This document shows positions 53,776 to 64,000 of a stretch of 64,000 bases of DNA, piece after piece. The notes under the pieces are model-generated. The model did not search any database and had not been told where the DNA came from. It worked only from the letters and a program-made list of their open reading frames with translations. The position numbers and the translations under genes were made by a program. The stretch spans positions 2,386-66,385 of the forward strand of contig JAERTI010000043.1 in the NCBI GenBank assembly GCA_016844925.1, in the 5' to 3' direction. Origin of the DNA: Candidatus Uhrbacteria bacterium. Lineage in GTDB: Bacteria > Patescibacteriota > Patescibacteriia > UBA9934 > GWF2-40-263. Each line of letters starts with the position of its first letter. Position 1 is the first letter of the stretch.

Positions 53776-56700
53776 ATGCCCATTTATCGCCGTACCCCTG
53801 TTAAGACGCGCGAGCGTAAGGTCTTCGACAATGCGGTTAAGGACGCCATGGACGTCCCTGACTTGATCGAAGTGCAGCGCCGCTCGTACCGCTGGTTCTT
53901 TGACGAAGGAATTAAAGAACTTTTCCAAGAGATTACTCCAGTAAAAGACTTTATTGGTCGTGACTTGGAGTTGTACTTTGATGGTTACTACCTCGATGAA
54001 CCAAAGTTCGATGAGGATACGTCTCGTTTGAAGAACGTGACGTTTGAGGCCCCATTGCGTGTAAAGACACGTTTGGTGAACGTTCGTACAAAAGAGGTAA
54101 AGGAGCAGGAGATCTATTTGGGTGACCTGCCAATCATGACCCCTCGTGGAACCTTCCTTATTAACGGAGTGGAGCGTGTGGTGGTCTCTCAGCTTGTGCG
54201 TTCAGCTGGAGCCTTCTTTACCGCAGATGTCTACCGCGGTCGCCGTTACTATGGAGCGAAGATTATCCCGAACCGTGGGGCATGGCTCGAGTTTGAGACA
54301 GATCCAAAGAACGTGATCTGGGTAAAGATTGATCGTAAGCGTAAGGTGGCGGTAACAGCACTCCTTCGCGCTTTTGGTGTGACAGATGATGAGTCGATTA
54401 TCGAGCTCTTTAAGGATGTCGACATTCACCCAACAAATCACTACATCGAGGCAACACTGAATAAGGATGTTTCTACCAATGAGGATGAGGGTCTCATTGA
54501 GGTGTACAAGCGCATTCGTCCAGGTGACCGTGCCACAGCTGATAACGCTAAGGGGTTGATTCACTCGATGTTCTTCAACTTTGACCGTTACGACCTTGGA
54601 AAGGTGGGACGTTATAAGTTCAACCTTCGTTTTGATGACAACATCGATGAGGAGATGGTTGCAAAAGAAGAGAACCGCATTATCACGAAGGAAGATTTGG
54701 TGAAGATTATTCGTGAGGTGATTACGTTGAACATCAATCAGGGCGAACCAGATGATGTCGACCACCTTGGAAACCGTCGTGTGCGTGCCGTGGGTGAGCT
54801 TATTCAGGGACGCTTCCGCGTTGGACTCGCTCGTATGCAGCGCATTATTCGAGATCGCATGTCCACGCGTGACATCGAGTCTCTTACACCAGGAAAGTTG
54901 ATTAACGCCCGTCCTGTGATCGGAGCTATTCGTGAGTTCTTCATGTCCTCGCAGCTCTCACAGTTCATGGACCAGACCAACCCGCTGGCTGAGCTCGAGC
55001 ACAAGCGCCGACTGAGTGCCATGGGGCCTGGTGGACTTTCTCGTGAGCGTGCAGGATTTGAGGTGCGAGATGTTCACCCAACTCACTACGGACGTATTTG
55101 TCCGATTGCGACCCCTGAGGGACCAAACATTGGACTGATTGGTCACCTTGCCTCCTACGCTGTGATCAACGATTACGGATTTATCGAGACGCCTTACCGC
55201 AAGGTGGTGAAGGAGAAGAAGGGAGGTAAGATGGTAGCGCGTGTAACAGATGAGGTGGAGTACATTAACGCGTTTAAAGAAGAACGATCCGTTACTGTGC
55301 CGGCAACCGTTGAGGTGGATGAAAAAGGGTACTTCACAGATGAGTTTGTGGGAGCCCGTCGCTATGGAGAACCAAAAATCGTTCCTCAGGGCGAAGTGGA
55401 TTACATGGACGTCTCTTCAAAGCAGATCGTTTCCATTGGAACCGCACTCATTCCGTTCTTGGAGCACGATGACGCTACGCGTGCGTTGATGGGAACAAAC
55501 ATGCAACGGCAGGCCGTTCCGACGATCAAGCCGGACGCGCCTATTTGTGGAACAGGTTCTGAGTATCGCGCTGCACGTGATTCCGGTCACGTGGTAGTGG
55601 CAGAGCACACAGGTGAAATCACGGGCCTGCAGGGTGATAAAATTGAAATCACTGATGAGAAAAAGAACGTTACGAAGTACGAATTGAAGAAGTTCTTGCG
55701 TTCAAACAACTCAACATCGATTAACCAACGTCCTGTTGTGGACATTGGACAGAAGGTCATCAAAGGTGACGTGATTGCTGATTCAAGTGCCGTTGACCAT
55801 GGAGAGCTTGCACTTGGACAGAACTGTTTGGTCGCCTTCATGGCTTGGGACGGTTACAACTATGAGGACGCCGTCATTATTTCAGAGCGTCTGGTGCAGG
55901 ATGATCGCTTTACCTCTGTACACATTGAGAACTACACCATGGATGTTCGAGACACCAAGCTCGGCCCTGAGGTGGTCACTTCAGATATTCCAAACGTTTC
56001 AGAAGAGAAGTTGAAGAACTTGGATGCTGAAGGTGTGATCCGTGTGGGAGCTGAAGTGAAGTCCGGTGACATTCTTGTTGGAAAGATTACCCCTAAGGGT
56101 GAGACCGAGCTCAGTGCTGAGGAAAAACTTCTGCGCGCGATCTTCGGTGAGAAGGCACGAGATGTTCGTGACTCTTCTCTCTACCTCGAGCACGGTGAGC
56201 ATGGAACAGTTGTGGATGTGACAGTCTTCTCTCGTGAGGATGGCGACAAGCTTTCTCCGGGTGTGATCAAGTCCATTCAGGTGACCGTTGCTGACCTGCG
56301 TAAGGCGCAGGTGGGAGACAAGGTAGCTGGACGTCACGGAAACAAGGGTGTGATTTCCAAGATCGTGCCTGTGGCTGATATGCCGTACATGGACGATGGA
56401 ACCCCTGTCGACATCATGCTTACCCCACTGGGAGTTGTTTCTCGTATGAACCTTGGACAGATTCTGGAGGTTCACTTGGGACTGGCGGCAAACGCGCTTG
56501 GATACAACGTGAACACGCCGGTGCTTAACGGTGTACCTGAGGAGACCGTGTACGACGAGCTCGAGCGAGCAGGATTGCCACGTAGTGGTCAGCTGCAATT
56601 GTTTGATGGTCGTACTGGAGCAAAGTTTGAGAACCCGATTACCGTTGGGTACATGTACATCCTCAAGCTCTCTCACATGATTGAGGACAAGATGCACCAG

Positions 56701-57033
56701 CGCTCCATTGGTCCGTACTCGCTTATCACTCAGCAGCCGCTCGGAGGAAAAGCGCAGTCTGGAGGACAGCGATTCGGAGAGATGGAAGTTTGGGCACTGG
56801 AGGCCTACGGGGCCGCGCATATGCTGCAAGAGATTCTCACCATCAAATCTGACGATGTGCCAGGGCGCTCAAAGGCGTACGAGTCCATCATCAAGGGGCA
56901 ACCAATTACCAAAGTCAACATTCCGGAATCTTTCAACGTGTTGGTACGTGAGCTCAAGGGACTGTGTCTGGACGTAGAGCTGATGCGCGACGGTGAAAAG
57001 GTTGCTTTGCCGGGTGAGAAGAAACAGAAATAA
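53776..57033 (+). CDS. rpoB: DNA-directed RNA polymerase subunit beta
   Basis: Full-length beta subunit of 1085 aa, in the conserved rpoB-rpoC gene order. Confidence 0.95.
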   Translation: MPIYRRTPVKTRERKVFDNAVKDAMDVPDLIEVQRRSYRWFFDEGIKELFQEITPVKDFIGRDLELYFDGYYLDEPKFDEDTSRLKNVTFEAPLRVKTRLVNVRTKEVKEQEIYLGDLPIMTPRGTFLINGVERVVVSQLVRSAGAFFTADVYRGRRYYGAKIIPNRGAWLEFETDPKNVIWVKIDRKRKVAVTALLRAFGVTDDESIIELFKDVDIHPTNHYIEATLNKDVSTNEDEGLIEVYKRIRPGDRATADNAKGLIHSMFFNFDRYDLGKVGRYKFNLRFDDNIDEEMVAKEENRIITKEDLVKIIREVITLNINQGEPDDVDHLGNRRVRAVGELIQGRFRVGLARMQRIIRDRMSTRDIESLTPGKLINARPVIGAIREFFMSSQLSQFMDQTNPLAELEHKRRLSAMGPGGLSRERAGFEVRDVHPTHYGRICPIATPEGPNIGLIGHLASYAVINDYGFIETPYRKVVKEKKGGKMVARVTDEVEYINAFKEERSVTVPATVEVDEKGYFTDEFVGARRYGEPKIVPQGEVDYMDVSSKQIVSIGTALIPFLEHDDATRALMGTNMQRQAVPTIKPDAPICGTGSEYRAARDSGHVVVAEHTGEITGLQGDKIEITDEKKNVTKYELKKFLRSNNSTSINQRPVVDIGQKVIKGDVIADSSAVDHGELALGQNCLVAFMAWDGYNYEDAVIISERLVQDDRFTSVHIENYTMDVRDTKLGPEVVTSDIPNVSEEKLKNLDAEGVIRVGAEVKSGDILVGKITPKGETELSAEEKLLRAIFGEKARDVRDSSLYLEHGEHGTVVDVTVFSREDGDKLSPGVIKSIQVTVADLRKAQVGDKVAGRHGNKGVISKIVPVADMPYMDDGTPVDIMLTPLGVVSRMNLGQILEVHLGLAANALGYNVNTPVLNGVPEETVYDELERAGLPRSGQLQLFDGRTGAKFENPITVGYMYILKLSHMIEDKMHQRSIGPYSLITQQPLGGKAQSGGQRFGEMEVWALEAYGAAHMLQEILTIKSDDVPGRSKAYESIIKGQPITKVNIPESFNVLVRELKGLCLDVELMRDGEKVALPGEKKQK

Positions 57034-57037
57034 GCCT

Positions 57038-60000
57038 ATGTTTAAACGACAAGAGACCCTCAAATCAACGGACTTTGACTCCATTCGCCTACGTCTGGCA
57101 TCCCCAGAGACGATCCGTTCATGGTCGTTTGGTGAAGTAGCAAAGCCGGAAACCATTAACTACCGTACCCAGAAGCCTGAGAAGCAGGGATTGTTTGCGG
57201 AAGAGATTTTTGGACCATCCAAGGACTGGGAGTGTTACTGCGGAAAGTATAAGAAGATCCGCTATAAGGGGATCGTCTGTGACAAGTGTGGTGTTGAGGT
57301 AACCCACGCCATCGTTCGACGTGAGCGCATGGGGCACATCGACCTCGCTGCACCGATCACACACATTTGGTTCCTGCGCGGCGTGCCTTCCAAGATTGGA
57401 AGCATTCTTGATCTATCTATTCAGAACTTGGAGAAGATTATTTACTTCGCCAGTTTCTTGGTGACAGACGTAAATGAGGAAGCAAAGGAGCAGACCATCG
57501 AGCAGGTGAAGCAGGAGCGTAAGAGTAAGGAGAAGATGATTGAAGGTGAGTTTAAGCGTGATGTTGGTCGTCTTGCACAGAAGTTTGGAGAAGACGAGAA
57601 GGCTATCGCGAAGGAGACTCAGCGTCTGGAAGAGATTCGCGACACCAAGCTCGAGGAGCTCGTTGAAGATTTTGAGCAGGTGATGGAAGACTTCAAAGCC
57701 ATGAAGGTCATGGCGATCATTTCCGAGCAGGTCTACCACGAGTGGTCCCTGAAGTACGGTCATGTATTTGAAGCAAACATTGGTGCTGAGGCTGTGAAGG
57801 ACATGCTTAAGCGTATCAACGTTGAGGAGACCATGAACGCGCTCGATGAAGAGCTCAAGACGGCTACGAAGACCAAGCGCAACCGCTTGCTCCGTCGCGT
57901 GAAGTTGCTCAAGGCGTTCCATATCAACCAGCTCCGTCCAGAGTGGATGGTACTTGAGGTGATCCCTGTGACCCCACCAGATCTGCGTCCAATGGTACCG
58001 CTGGACGGTGGACGTTTTGCTACGTCTGACCTTAACGATTTGTATCGTCGCGTGATCAACCGTAACAACCGCTTGAAGCGCCTCTACGATTTGAGCGCCC
58101 CTGAGGTGATCTCACGAAACGAGAAGCGCATGTTGCAGGAGGCGGTAGACGCCTTGATCGATAACAGTGCGCGTCACTCAAAGACCGTTATTGCTGCGAC
58201 AGGTAAGAAGCGTCAGTTGAAGTCACTTGCTGACCAGCTTAAGGGTAAGCAGGGTCGATTCCGTCAGAACTTGCTCGGTAAGCGTATCGACTACTCTGGA
58301 CGTTCTGTGATTGTGGTGGGACCTCACCTGCGATTGGAGCAGTGTGGTATTCCAAAAAAGATGGCCTTGGAGCTGTTTAAGCCGTTTGTGATTTCCAAGC
58401 TCATCGACCGCGAGTACGTTCACAACATTCGAAGCGCAAACCGCTTTATTGAATCAGATCGCCCAGAGACTTGGGACATCTTGGAAGAGGTGACACGTGA
58501 CGCCTTCGTGCTCTTGAACCGTGCACCCACGCTTCACCGTCTTGGTATTCAGGCCTTCCGCCCTACCTTGATTGAGGGTAAGGCTCTCCAGATTCACCCA
58601 CTCGTTTGTGACGCGTATAACGCGGACTTTGATGGTGACCAAATGGCTGTGCACGTCCCACTGACAGAAGAGGCACGCGCTGAGGCGCGAGAGATCATGC
58701 TCTCCACGAAGAACTTGCTGAAGCCAGCTCACGGTGGTCCAGTGGCGACACCAGGAAAAGACATTGCGTGGGGAATTTTCTTCCTCACCATGGAGATGAC
58801 AGAAAAGCCAGAGAGTATGGAAGGGCTCCCAACCTTTGCCGATGAAACAGACACCATGTATGCCGTTGCTACTGAGCAGGTTGCTCTGCGTGATTGGGTT
58901 GTGACGCGTTTGAAGAACGGGGAGAAAGTCATCACCACCCCAGGTCGCGTTATGGTGAACGAGCAGTTTCCTGCTGAGGTGCCGTTCAAAAATGAAATCA
59001 TGGGAAAGAAGCAGCTTTCTGCGATTGTGAAGTTCTATCTTGAGTTGCATGGTTCTGAGAAGACAGCCGTCTTCCTTGATCGCTTGAAGGACCTCGGATT
59101 TAAGTACTCCACACATGCTGGGTACTCATGGGGAATGGCAAACCTACCGGACTTGAAGGGGAAGGGTGCATTGATCGAAGAGGGAGATAAGCGTGTGCAG
59201 GAAGTGGAAGACTACTTCGCTGATGGGCTCTTGACTGGTACTGAGCGTCACACTTCTATCATTAAGATCTGGAACGAGATTAAAGACCGCATTTCCTCTG
59301 AAGCAAAGCAGTCTCTACCAAAAGACAACCCTGCTTACACCATGATTGAATCTGGTGCCCGTGGTTCATGGGGTCAGATGACACAGATGGTGGGTATGAA
59401 GGGTCTTGTGGCCAACCCTGCTGGTGAGATTATCGAGCTGCCGGTGAAGTCCTCCTTTAAAGAGGGGTACGATGTGCTGGAGTTCTTTATCTCTTCTCAC
59501 GGTGTGCGAAAAGGTTTGACTGATACAGCTTTGCGTACCGCTAACGCGGGTTACTTGACTCGTCGTCTGGTGGATGTGGCACAGGATGTGATCGTGCGCG
59601 AAGAAGACTGTGGAGATGATCAGGGAGTACTCCTGACACATGAGGAGTCTGAGGAAATTGGTGAGCCACTCTTGATCCGTATTCTTGGTCGTTTTGTCCT
59701 TTCAGACTTGAAGAAGCCAGGTGGACGCAAGGTGATTGTCCCAGCGGGTGGACTCATTACAGAGGAGCACATTCGTGAGATTGAAGCAGCAAGCAAGCCT
59801 CTTACCGAGGCGCACGTGCGTTCTGTGATGACCTGTCATCTGCGCCGTGGTGTTTGTCAGCGTTGTTACGGATATGACCTGGCGTACAACAAGCTCGTGA
59901 AGCTTGGAACATCTGTAGGAATTATGGCGGCGCAGTCTATTGGTGAGCCTGGTACACAGCTCACTATGCGTACCTTCCACACCGGTGGTGTGGCTGGAAA

Positions 60001-61072
60001 AGACATTACGCAGGGTCTGCCGCGTGTGGAGGAATTGTTCGAGGCTCGTAATCCAAAACAGAAAGCCATCATGGCAGAGGTTTCTGGAAAGGCGACCGTT
60101 GAGACGATTGCGCGTGAGATTGTTCAGGCTGGAACTGGTAAGCAGATTCTCGATACACGTCCAGGGCAGAAGACTGTGAAGATTGAGCACATGGGTACCG
60201 AAGACGAGAAGTTTAGCTTCGGTAAGACCGGTGAGTGTTTCTTGAAAGATGGTGACAAGATTAAGGAAGGTCAGCTCATCGCGAAGAAAGGATCTGGTGT
60301 TGAGTTTTTAGCGCCTGGAAATGGTGTGGTGAAGGTGGAGGACGAAAAGAATCGTGTTACCGCCATCTATGACCACATGAAGATTCGTGAGTATGTCATT
60401 CCGCCGGGATACACATTGTATGTAAAGGATGGTGACGAGGTTCAGGGTGGAGACTCTCTGACCGATGGTCACTTGGACTTGCAGGTACTGTTCAAGTTTA
60501 AAGGACAGGATGCCGTGCAGAAGTATCTCTCTACGGAGATTCAATACATCTACGCCAGTCAGGGACAGAAGCTCAATAACAAGCACATTGAAATTATTGT
60601 TCGCCAGATGTTCTCCCGTGTGAAGGTGATTGACCCAGGTCAGACAGATCTTCTCCCGGGTGAGATTATCGAGAAGGCTACCTTTGAGGATGCCAACGAT
60701 ACGGCACCTAAGGGCAAGAAGGCGACAGCACAGCCATTGTTCCTCGGGATCACAAAGATTTCTCTCTCGACAGACTCTTGGCTCTCAAGTGCTTCCTTCC
60801 AGGAGACAGCGCGTGTTCTCATCAACGCGGCTGTGACCGGTAAGGTTGACCGCCTTGAGGGTCTTAAGGAGAACGTGATTATCGGACGTCTCATTCCTGC
60901 GGGAACGGGATTCGAAGATATGGAACAGGAGCTGATCGGTGATGTAAATGCGGCACGCCTTGAGCGTGAGGCCGCACGATCTGCTGCACTTGAAGACGAG
61001 ATTGATAAAGCGTTCTCAGACAATGTGAACGTTGGATCAGGAACAGAGAAGAAAAAGGAATTGGCAGAATAG
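57038..61072 (+). CDS. rpoC: DNA-directed RNA polymerase subunit beta'
   Basis: Start [24 protein letters not shown]. Zinc-finger CYCGKYK...CDKCG and the NADFDGDQM catalytic motif. Confidence 0.95.
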   Translation: MFKRQETLKSTDFDSIRLRLASPETIRSWSFGEVAKPETINYRTQKPEKQGLFAEEIFGPSKDWECYCGKYKKIRYKGIVCDKCGVEVTHAIVRRERMGHIDLAAPITHIWFLRGVPSKIGSILDLSIQNLEKIIYFASFLVTDVNEEAKEQTIEQVKQERKSKEKMIEGEFKRDVGRLAQKFGEDEKAIAKETQRLEEIRDTKLEELVEDFEQVMEDFKAMKVMAIISEQVYHEWSLKYGHVFEANIGAEAVKDMLKRINVEETMNALDEELKTATKTKRNRLLRRVKLLKAFHINQLRPEWMVLEVIPVTPPDLRPMVPLDGGRFATSDLNDLYRRVINRNNRLKRLYDLSAPEVISRNEKRMLQEAVDALIDNSARHSKTVIAATGKKRQLKSLADQLKGKQGRFRQNLLGKRIDYSGRSVIVVGPHLRLEQCGIPKKMALELFKPFVISKLIDREYVHNIRSANRFIESDRPETWDILEEVTRDAFVLLNRAPTLHRLGIQAFRPTLIEGKALQIHPLVCDAYNADFDGDQMAVHVPLTEEARAEAREIMLSTKNLLKPAHGGPVATPGKDIAWGIFFLTMEMTEKPESMEGLPTFADETDTMYAVATEQVALRDWVVTRLKNGEKVITTPGRVMVNEQFPAEVPFKNEIMGKKQLSAIVKFYLELHGSEKTAVFLDRLKDLGFKYSTHAGYSWGMANLPDLKGKGALIEEGDKRVQEVEDYFADGLLTGTERHTSIIKIWNEIKDRISSEAKQSLPKDNPAYTMIESGARGSWGQMTQMVGMKGLVANPAGEIIELPVKSSFKEGYDVLEFFISSHGVRKGLTDTALRTANAGYLTRRLVDVAQDVIVREEDCGDDQGVLLTHEESEEIGEPLLIRILGRFVLSDLKKPGGRKVIVPAGGLITEEHIREIEAASKPLTEAHVRSVMTCHLRRGVCQRCYGYDLAYNKLVKLGTSVGIMAAQSIGEPGTQLTMRTFHTGGVAGKDITQGLPRVEELFEARNPKQKAIMAEVSGKATVETIAREIVQAGTGKQILDTRPGQKTVKIEHMGTEDEKFSFGKTGECFLKDGDKIKEGQLIAKKGSGVEFLAPGNGVVKVEDEKNRVTAIYDHMKIREYVIPPGYTLYVKDGDEVQGGDSLTDGHLDLQVLFKFKGQDAVQKYLSTEIQYIYASQGQKLNNKHIEIIVRQMFSRVKVIDPGQTDLLPGEIIEKATFEDANDTAPKGKKATAQPLFLGITKISLSTDSWLSSASFQETARVLINAAVTGKVDRLEGLKENVIIGRLIPAGTGFEDMEQELIGDVNAARLEREAARSAALEDEIDKAFSDNVNVGSGTEKKKELAE

Positions 61073-61165
61073 TGTTAAAAAAGCAGGGTCATGTACCCTG
61101 CTTTTTGGTTGGAGCGTTGTGAAAAGAAAAAATCCACGAGAAGTGGATTGCGTGGTGAGGGCGAT

Positions 61166-61702
61166 CTAGCCCTCTTCGGAAATGCGTTTCAAGATCTCGG
61201 TGCCGTTGGAGGTCACGCTGTAGCACACTCTTTGTGGAGGGCCGTCGATGTGGTGGAGGCGCACCAGTCTCATTTGCAGGAGCTTGTCGAGTGCGGCCTG
61301 GAGTGACTCGATGTCGATGTCGCCGCAGGAATCGTGGAGTTCGATTGCAGACTGGATGGGGTTTCCATCCAGGGCCCTGAGCACACCGATGGCGACCAAC
61401 GAACTTCGAACGGATCGCAGGTTCTGATCCTGGACAATGCGCAGACCAACGGGGGTCGGTGCTTCCAAGCTCATCTTCAGGATCGCTCGGACACTTCCAT
61501 CGAAGATGGGGTGTTCGGATAGGTCTTCTGTTCGAAGTCGGTCCTGGAGCGCCATTGAGAACAGTTGGATGTACGAGAGGTCGTCTCGAACAATGGCGTA
61601 GAGGAGGTTTCGCGTCAGGCGTCCGAGAGCCTGTTCGCTCTTCTGTTCGAAGCATCGCTTCATGATGCGGTCCATGCGCTGCTCTTGGGTTAGCTCGCTC
61701 AT
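61166..61702 (-). CDS. hypothetical protein with a possible C-terminal winged-helix motif
   Basis: Start MSELTQEQR. C-terminus RVCYSVTSNGTEILKRI is weakly PadR-like. Confidence 0.35.
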   Translation of the reverse strand: MSELTQEQRMDRIMKRCFEQKSEQALGRLTRNLLYAIVRDDLSYIQLFSMALQDRLRTEDLSEHPIFDGSVRAILKMSLEAPTPVGLRIVQDQNLRSVRSSLVAIGVLRALDGNPIQSAIELHDSCGDIDIESLQAALDKLLQMRLVRLHHIDGPPQRVCYSVTSNGTEILKRISEEG

Positions 61703-61807
61703 GATGGTTCTCCGGGTGCAAGGGCAGGTTGTCATTGGTTCTGTGATGTGTCAATGCCGTTGGTGCAGGTGGCGAGAACACAGGCTTTTTGTTAGGATTC
61801 TTTCGAT

Positions 61808-62515
61808 ATGTCGGGACATAGCAAATGGCACACAATTCAGAAAAAGAAGGGGGCAGCTGACGCGAAGCGTGGGCAGGTGTTCACCAAACTTGCTAAGGCA
61901 ATCACGGTTGCGGCAAAGACTGGAGGTGGCGGAGACCCAGCGTTCAACTTTCAGCTCCGTGTGGCCATCGATAGTGCAAAGGCGGCTAACATGCCCAAGG
62001 ATAATATCGAGCGTGCAGTAAAGCGTGGTACAGGCGAAGGCGCTGATGCGGTGATCATCGAAGAAGTGATGTATGAGGGCTTTGGTCCCGGTGGAGCCGC
62101 ACTTTTGATACACTGTCTTACAGATAATCGAAATCGTTCCATTGCTGATGTTCGTACGGTGATGAATAAGAAGGGAGGAAATCTTGGTGGTCAGGGATCT
62201 GTTAAATGGATGTTCGACCATAAGGGGATCATTGTTGTGGCTGGAGAACTAAATGATGAGTTGGAGCTCTTGCTCATTGATTCGGGAGCAGAAGATATTC
62301 ATGTAGAGAATCAGATGATCGAGGTGGTGACCGGATCAAGCGAGCTCAAGCAGGTGCTAGATGCGATTGATCAGCCTGCCGAGCATGCCGGTCTTGCGTA
62401 TCTTCCAAAGGAGATGGTTACGTTGGAAGGAAAGGAACAGGAGCAGCTCGACGTTCTCATTGAGGCGCTTGATGCGCTCGACGATGTCGATACGGTTTAT
62501 ACAAACGTGAAATAA
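61808..62515 (+). CDS. yebC: YebC/PmpR-family probable transcriptional regulator
   Basis: N-terminus MSGHSKWHTIQKKKGAADAKRG is the family signature. Confidence 0.85.
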   Translation: MSGHSKWHTIQKKKGAADAKRGQVFTKLAKAITVAAKTGGGGDPAFNFQLRVAIDSAKAANMPKDNIERAVKRGTGEGADAVIIEEVMYEGFGPGGAALLIHCLTDNRNRSIADVRTVMNKKGGNLGGQGSVKWMFDHKGIIVVAGELNDELELLLIDSGAEDIHVENQMIEVVTGSSELKQVLDAIDQPAEHAGLAYLPKEMVTLEGKEQEQLDVLIEALDALDDVDTVYTNVK

Positions 62516-62517
62516 TT

Positions 62518-63000
62518 ATGGCAGAAGGAAGAATCATTTTGGGGCTAGATCCAGGCTATGGCCGTATGGGGTTTGGTGTGGTGCATGTTCAGGGGCCTAA
62601 CGTAGAGCTTGTTGACTATGGTGTGGCAACAACGACAAGTGGCGATGCGTTTGAACATCGCCTCCTGCAACTTGGAAATGATCTACATGACTTGTTCGCA
62701 CATCATCAGCCAGATGCTGTAGCTATTGAAAAATTATTCTTTGGAAAGTCTTCAACAACGGCCATGAAGGTGGCGCACGCACGTGGCGTTGCAATGCTTA
62801 TGGCTGCGCAGTCTGGCGCTCCTGTATTCGAGTTTGGACCCTCTCAGATTAAAAAAGCTGTGACTGGGGATGGGAAAGCGAATAAGCGCGCCATGCAGCA
62901 GATGGTGAAGCAACTTTTGGGTCTTCCAAGGATTCCTAAGCCAGATGATGCAGCGGATGCTCTGGCAGTCGCCATCACGGCAAGTACAAAAAAATGGTAA
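62518..63000 (+). CDS. ruvC: crossover junction endodeoxyribonuclease RuvC
   Basis: ILGLDPGYGRMGFGV N-terminus. 160 aa. Confidence 0.9.
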   Translation: MAEGRIILGLDPGYGRMGFGVVHVQGPNVELVDYGVATTTSGDAFEHRLLQLGNDLHDLFAHHQPDAVAIEKLFFGKSSTTAMKVAHARGVAMLMAAQSGAPVFEFGPSQIKKAVTGDGKANKRAMQQMVKQLLGLPRIPKPDDAADALAVAITASTKKW

Positions 63001-63002
63001 GC

Positions 63003-63032
63003 AAAAACACTCCTCTTATGAGGAGTGTTTTT
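63003..63032. terminator. bidirectional terminator (aacactcctc ttat gaggagtgttttt)
   Basis: Direct read. Confidence 0.6.
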
Positions 63033-63106
63033 GGAGCGGGTAGGGAGGATCGAACTCCCATCTCAAGGTTGGAAACCTCGCATAATAGCCATTATACTAT
63101 ACCCGC
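63032..63106 (-). tRNA. tRNA-Gly (anticodon UCC) with encoded CCA
   Basis: The reverse complement folds as a cloverleaf: acceptor GCGGGTA/TACCCGC, anticodon stem CGAGG/CCTTG, loop TTTCCAA, and a GTTCGATCC T-loop. Confidence 0.8.
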
Positions 63107-63107
63107 A

Positions 63108-63184
63108 TGGTCGGGCCGGCGGGACTCGAACCCACGACCTCCTGGTCCCAAACCAGGCGCTCTAGCCTACTGAGCTACGGCCCG
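63108..63184 (-). tRNA. tRNA-Pro (anticodon UGG) with encoded CCA
   Basis: Acceptor CGGGCCG/CGGCCCG, anticodon stem CCTGG/CCAGG, loop TTTGGGA, and a GGTTCGAGTCC T-arm. Confidence 0.8.
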
Positions 63185-63344
63185 AGTGCGAGGAGAATAT
63201 ACACCACCTACTGTTTTTTTTCAAGGGATGAATTTTGACGCATTCTTCAAGCTTTTTTCGGCAAGGGGTCACTGTTTCTGAGATTGTTTGATATAATTTT
63301 TCTATCTGCACCAGACATTTTTTTCAATCACCGCCAGCCGTCTC

Positions 63345-64000
63345 ATGTTAAGTATTCGATGGGTGCTTATCGGGTTATTTCTAGTTCTATTTTTATTTAG
63401 CGGGGCTTCGGTACATGCCATGGGTATCAGCCCTCCAGTGTTTGAGTTGAACGAGGTTGAAATCGATTCATTAAGTACTGTGAGTGTGGGGCTGGTAAGA
63501 AATGCCACAACGGAACCAACGGGGGATATCACCTTAACGGTCAGTCCTCGGAAAACGGGGGCGCCGTATTTTTACGGAGACGAGACGGTGGTTATTCCCG
63601 ATGGGGAGGATTTGGTCACCTATTCTTTTAATGTCATTCCAGATAGTTCTGCCTGGGGTACATGTGTGCTCTATGTTGATTTTATCAAGACGGTTTCAGG
63701 ATCAGGTTCTGGGGTAACCGTTCGAACGGGGGCAACCATGACAGGAAGTTTTACTGTTGCTGGAACACCAGCCGGAGACTGTGAGCCAATTCCTAATGTT
63801 AGTTCAGGGACAACGGGATCCACTTCCGAGACAGGGGGTGGGAGTTCAGGGGGAGGTTCAGATTCTGGTGGCGAAGACAATTCTGAAAGTGGAGAGTCTT
63901 CAGGAGGAACGGATGATTCGACTGGGGGTGATGAGGAGGCAAGCGATGGAGAGCTTTGTAATTGCGCAGACGATGAATCGAGTGGTGGTGATCGGCTTGG
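63345..64000 (+). CDS. secreted Gly/Ser/acidic-rich protein, 3' partial (runs off the window end)
   Basis: My own translation starts MLSIRWVLIGLFLVLFLFSGASVHA (signal peptide) and has no stop before the window ends. It is not in the ORF track because it is unterminated. Confidence 0.4.
   Translation, partial: MLSIRWVLIGLFLVLFLFSGASVHAMGISPPVFELNEVEIDSLSTVSVGLVRNATTEPTGDITLTVSPRKTGAPYFYGDETVVIPDGEDLVTYSFNVIPDSSAWGTCVLYVDFIKTVSGSGSGVTVRTGATMTGSFTVAGTPAGDCEPIPNVSSGTTGSTSETGGGSSGGGSDSGGEDNSESGESSGGTDDSTGGDEEASDGELCNCADDESSGGDRL

Overview
The window is a compositional mosaic. A roughly 50% GC core carries housekeeping genes: ychF, a THUMP-type RNA methyltransferase, the rpsF-ssb-rpsR operon, epmA next to efp, recA, a RodZ-like gene, ftsK, rpoB-rpoC, a YebC-family regulator, ruvC, and tRNA-Gly and tRNA-Pro. 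Four GC-rich insertions (about 58-62% GC) interrupt it at 1-2.9 kb, 8.4-9.1 kb, 10.6-35.75 kb and 39.47-52.7 kb. The two large insertions are the most interesting part. Each is a dense array of short, co-oriented ORFs of mostly unknown function: about 30 on the minus strand in 10.6-35.75 kb and about 20 on the plus strand in 39.5-51 kb. Every ORF is separated from the next by a 100-250 bp structured repeat. The repeat core reads CTCGGGACTCCATC, then a variable stem-loop, then GATGGAG on the coding strand. In array 1 this shows on the + strand as CCTCCATC...GATGGAGTCCCGA. The ends are conserved and the centre varies in length and sequence, which is the logic of integron attC sites even though the classical R-box consensus GTTRRRY/RYYYAAC is not matched. 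No integrase or transposase was recognised among the ORFs examined. I read this as an integron-like or CALIN-like cassette system with non-canonical recombination sites. The two arrays are inverted relative to each other and flank ftsK. The cassettes include at least 15 pentapeptide-repeat proteins sharing a conserved N-terminal W-x3-NPG motif, several other paralogous families of unknown function, and ATGA/GTGA-coupled gene pairs. Two further structured features sit upstream of rpoB: tandem 120-bp units bounded by inverted repeats, and a 14-bp perfect inverted repeat that brackets the rpoB ribosome-binding site. A Phd/YefM-like orphan antitoxin with a palindromic operator lies next to recA. 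Coordinates derived from my own position counting may be off by a base or so; coordinates taken from the ORF track are reliable.
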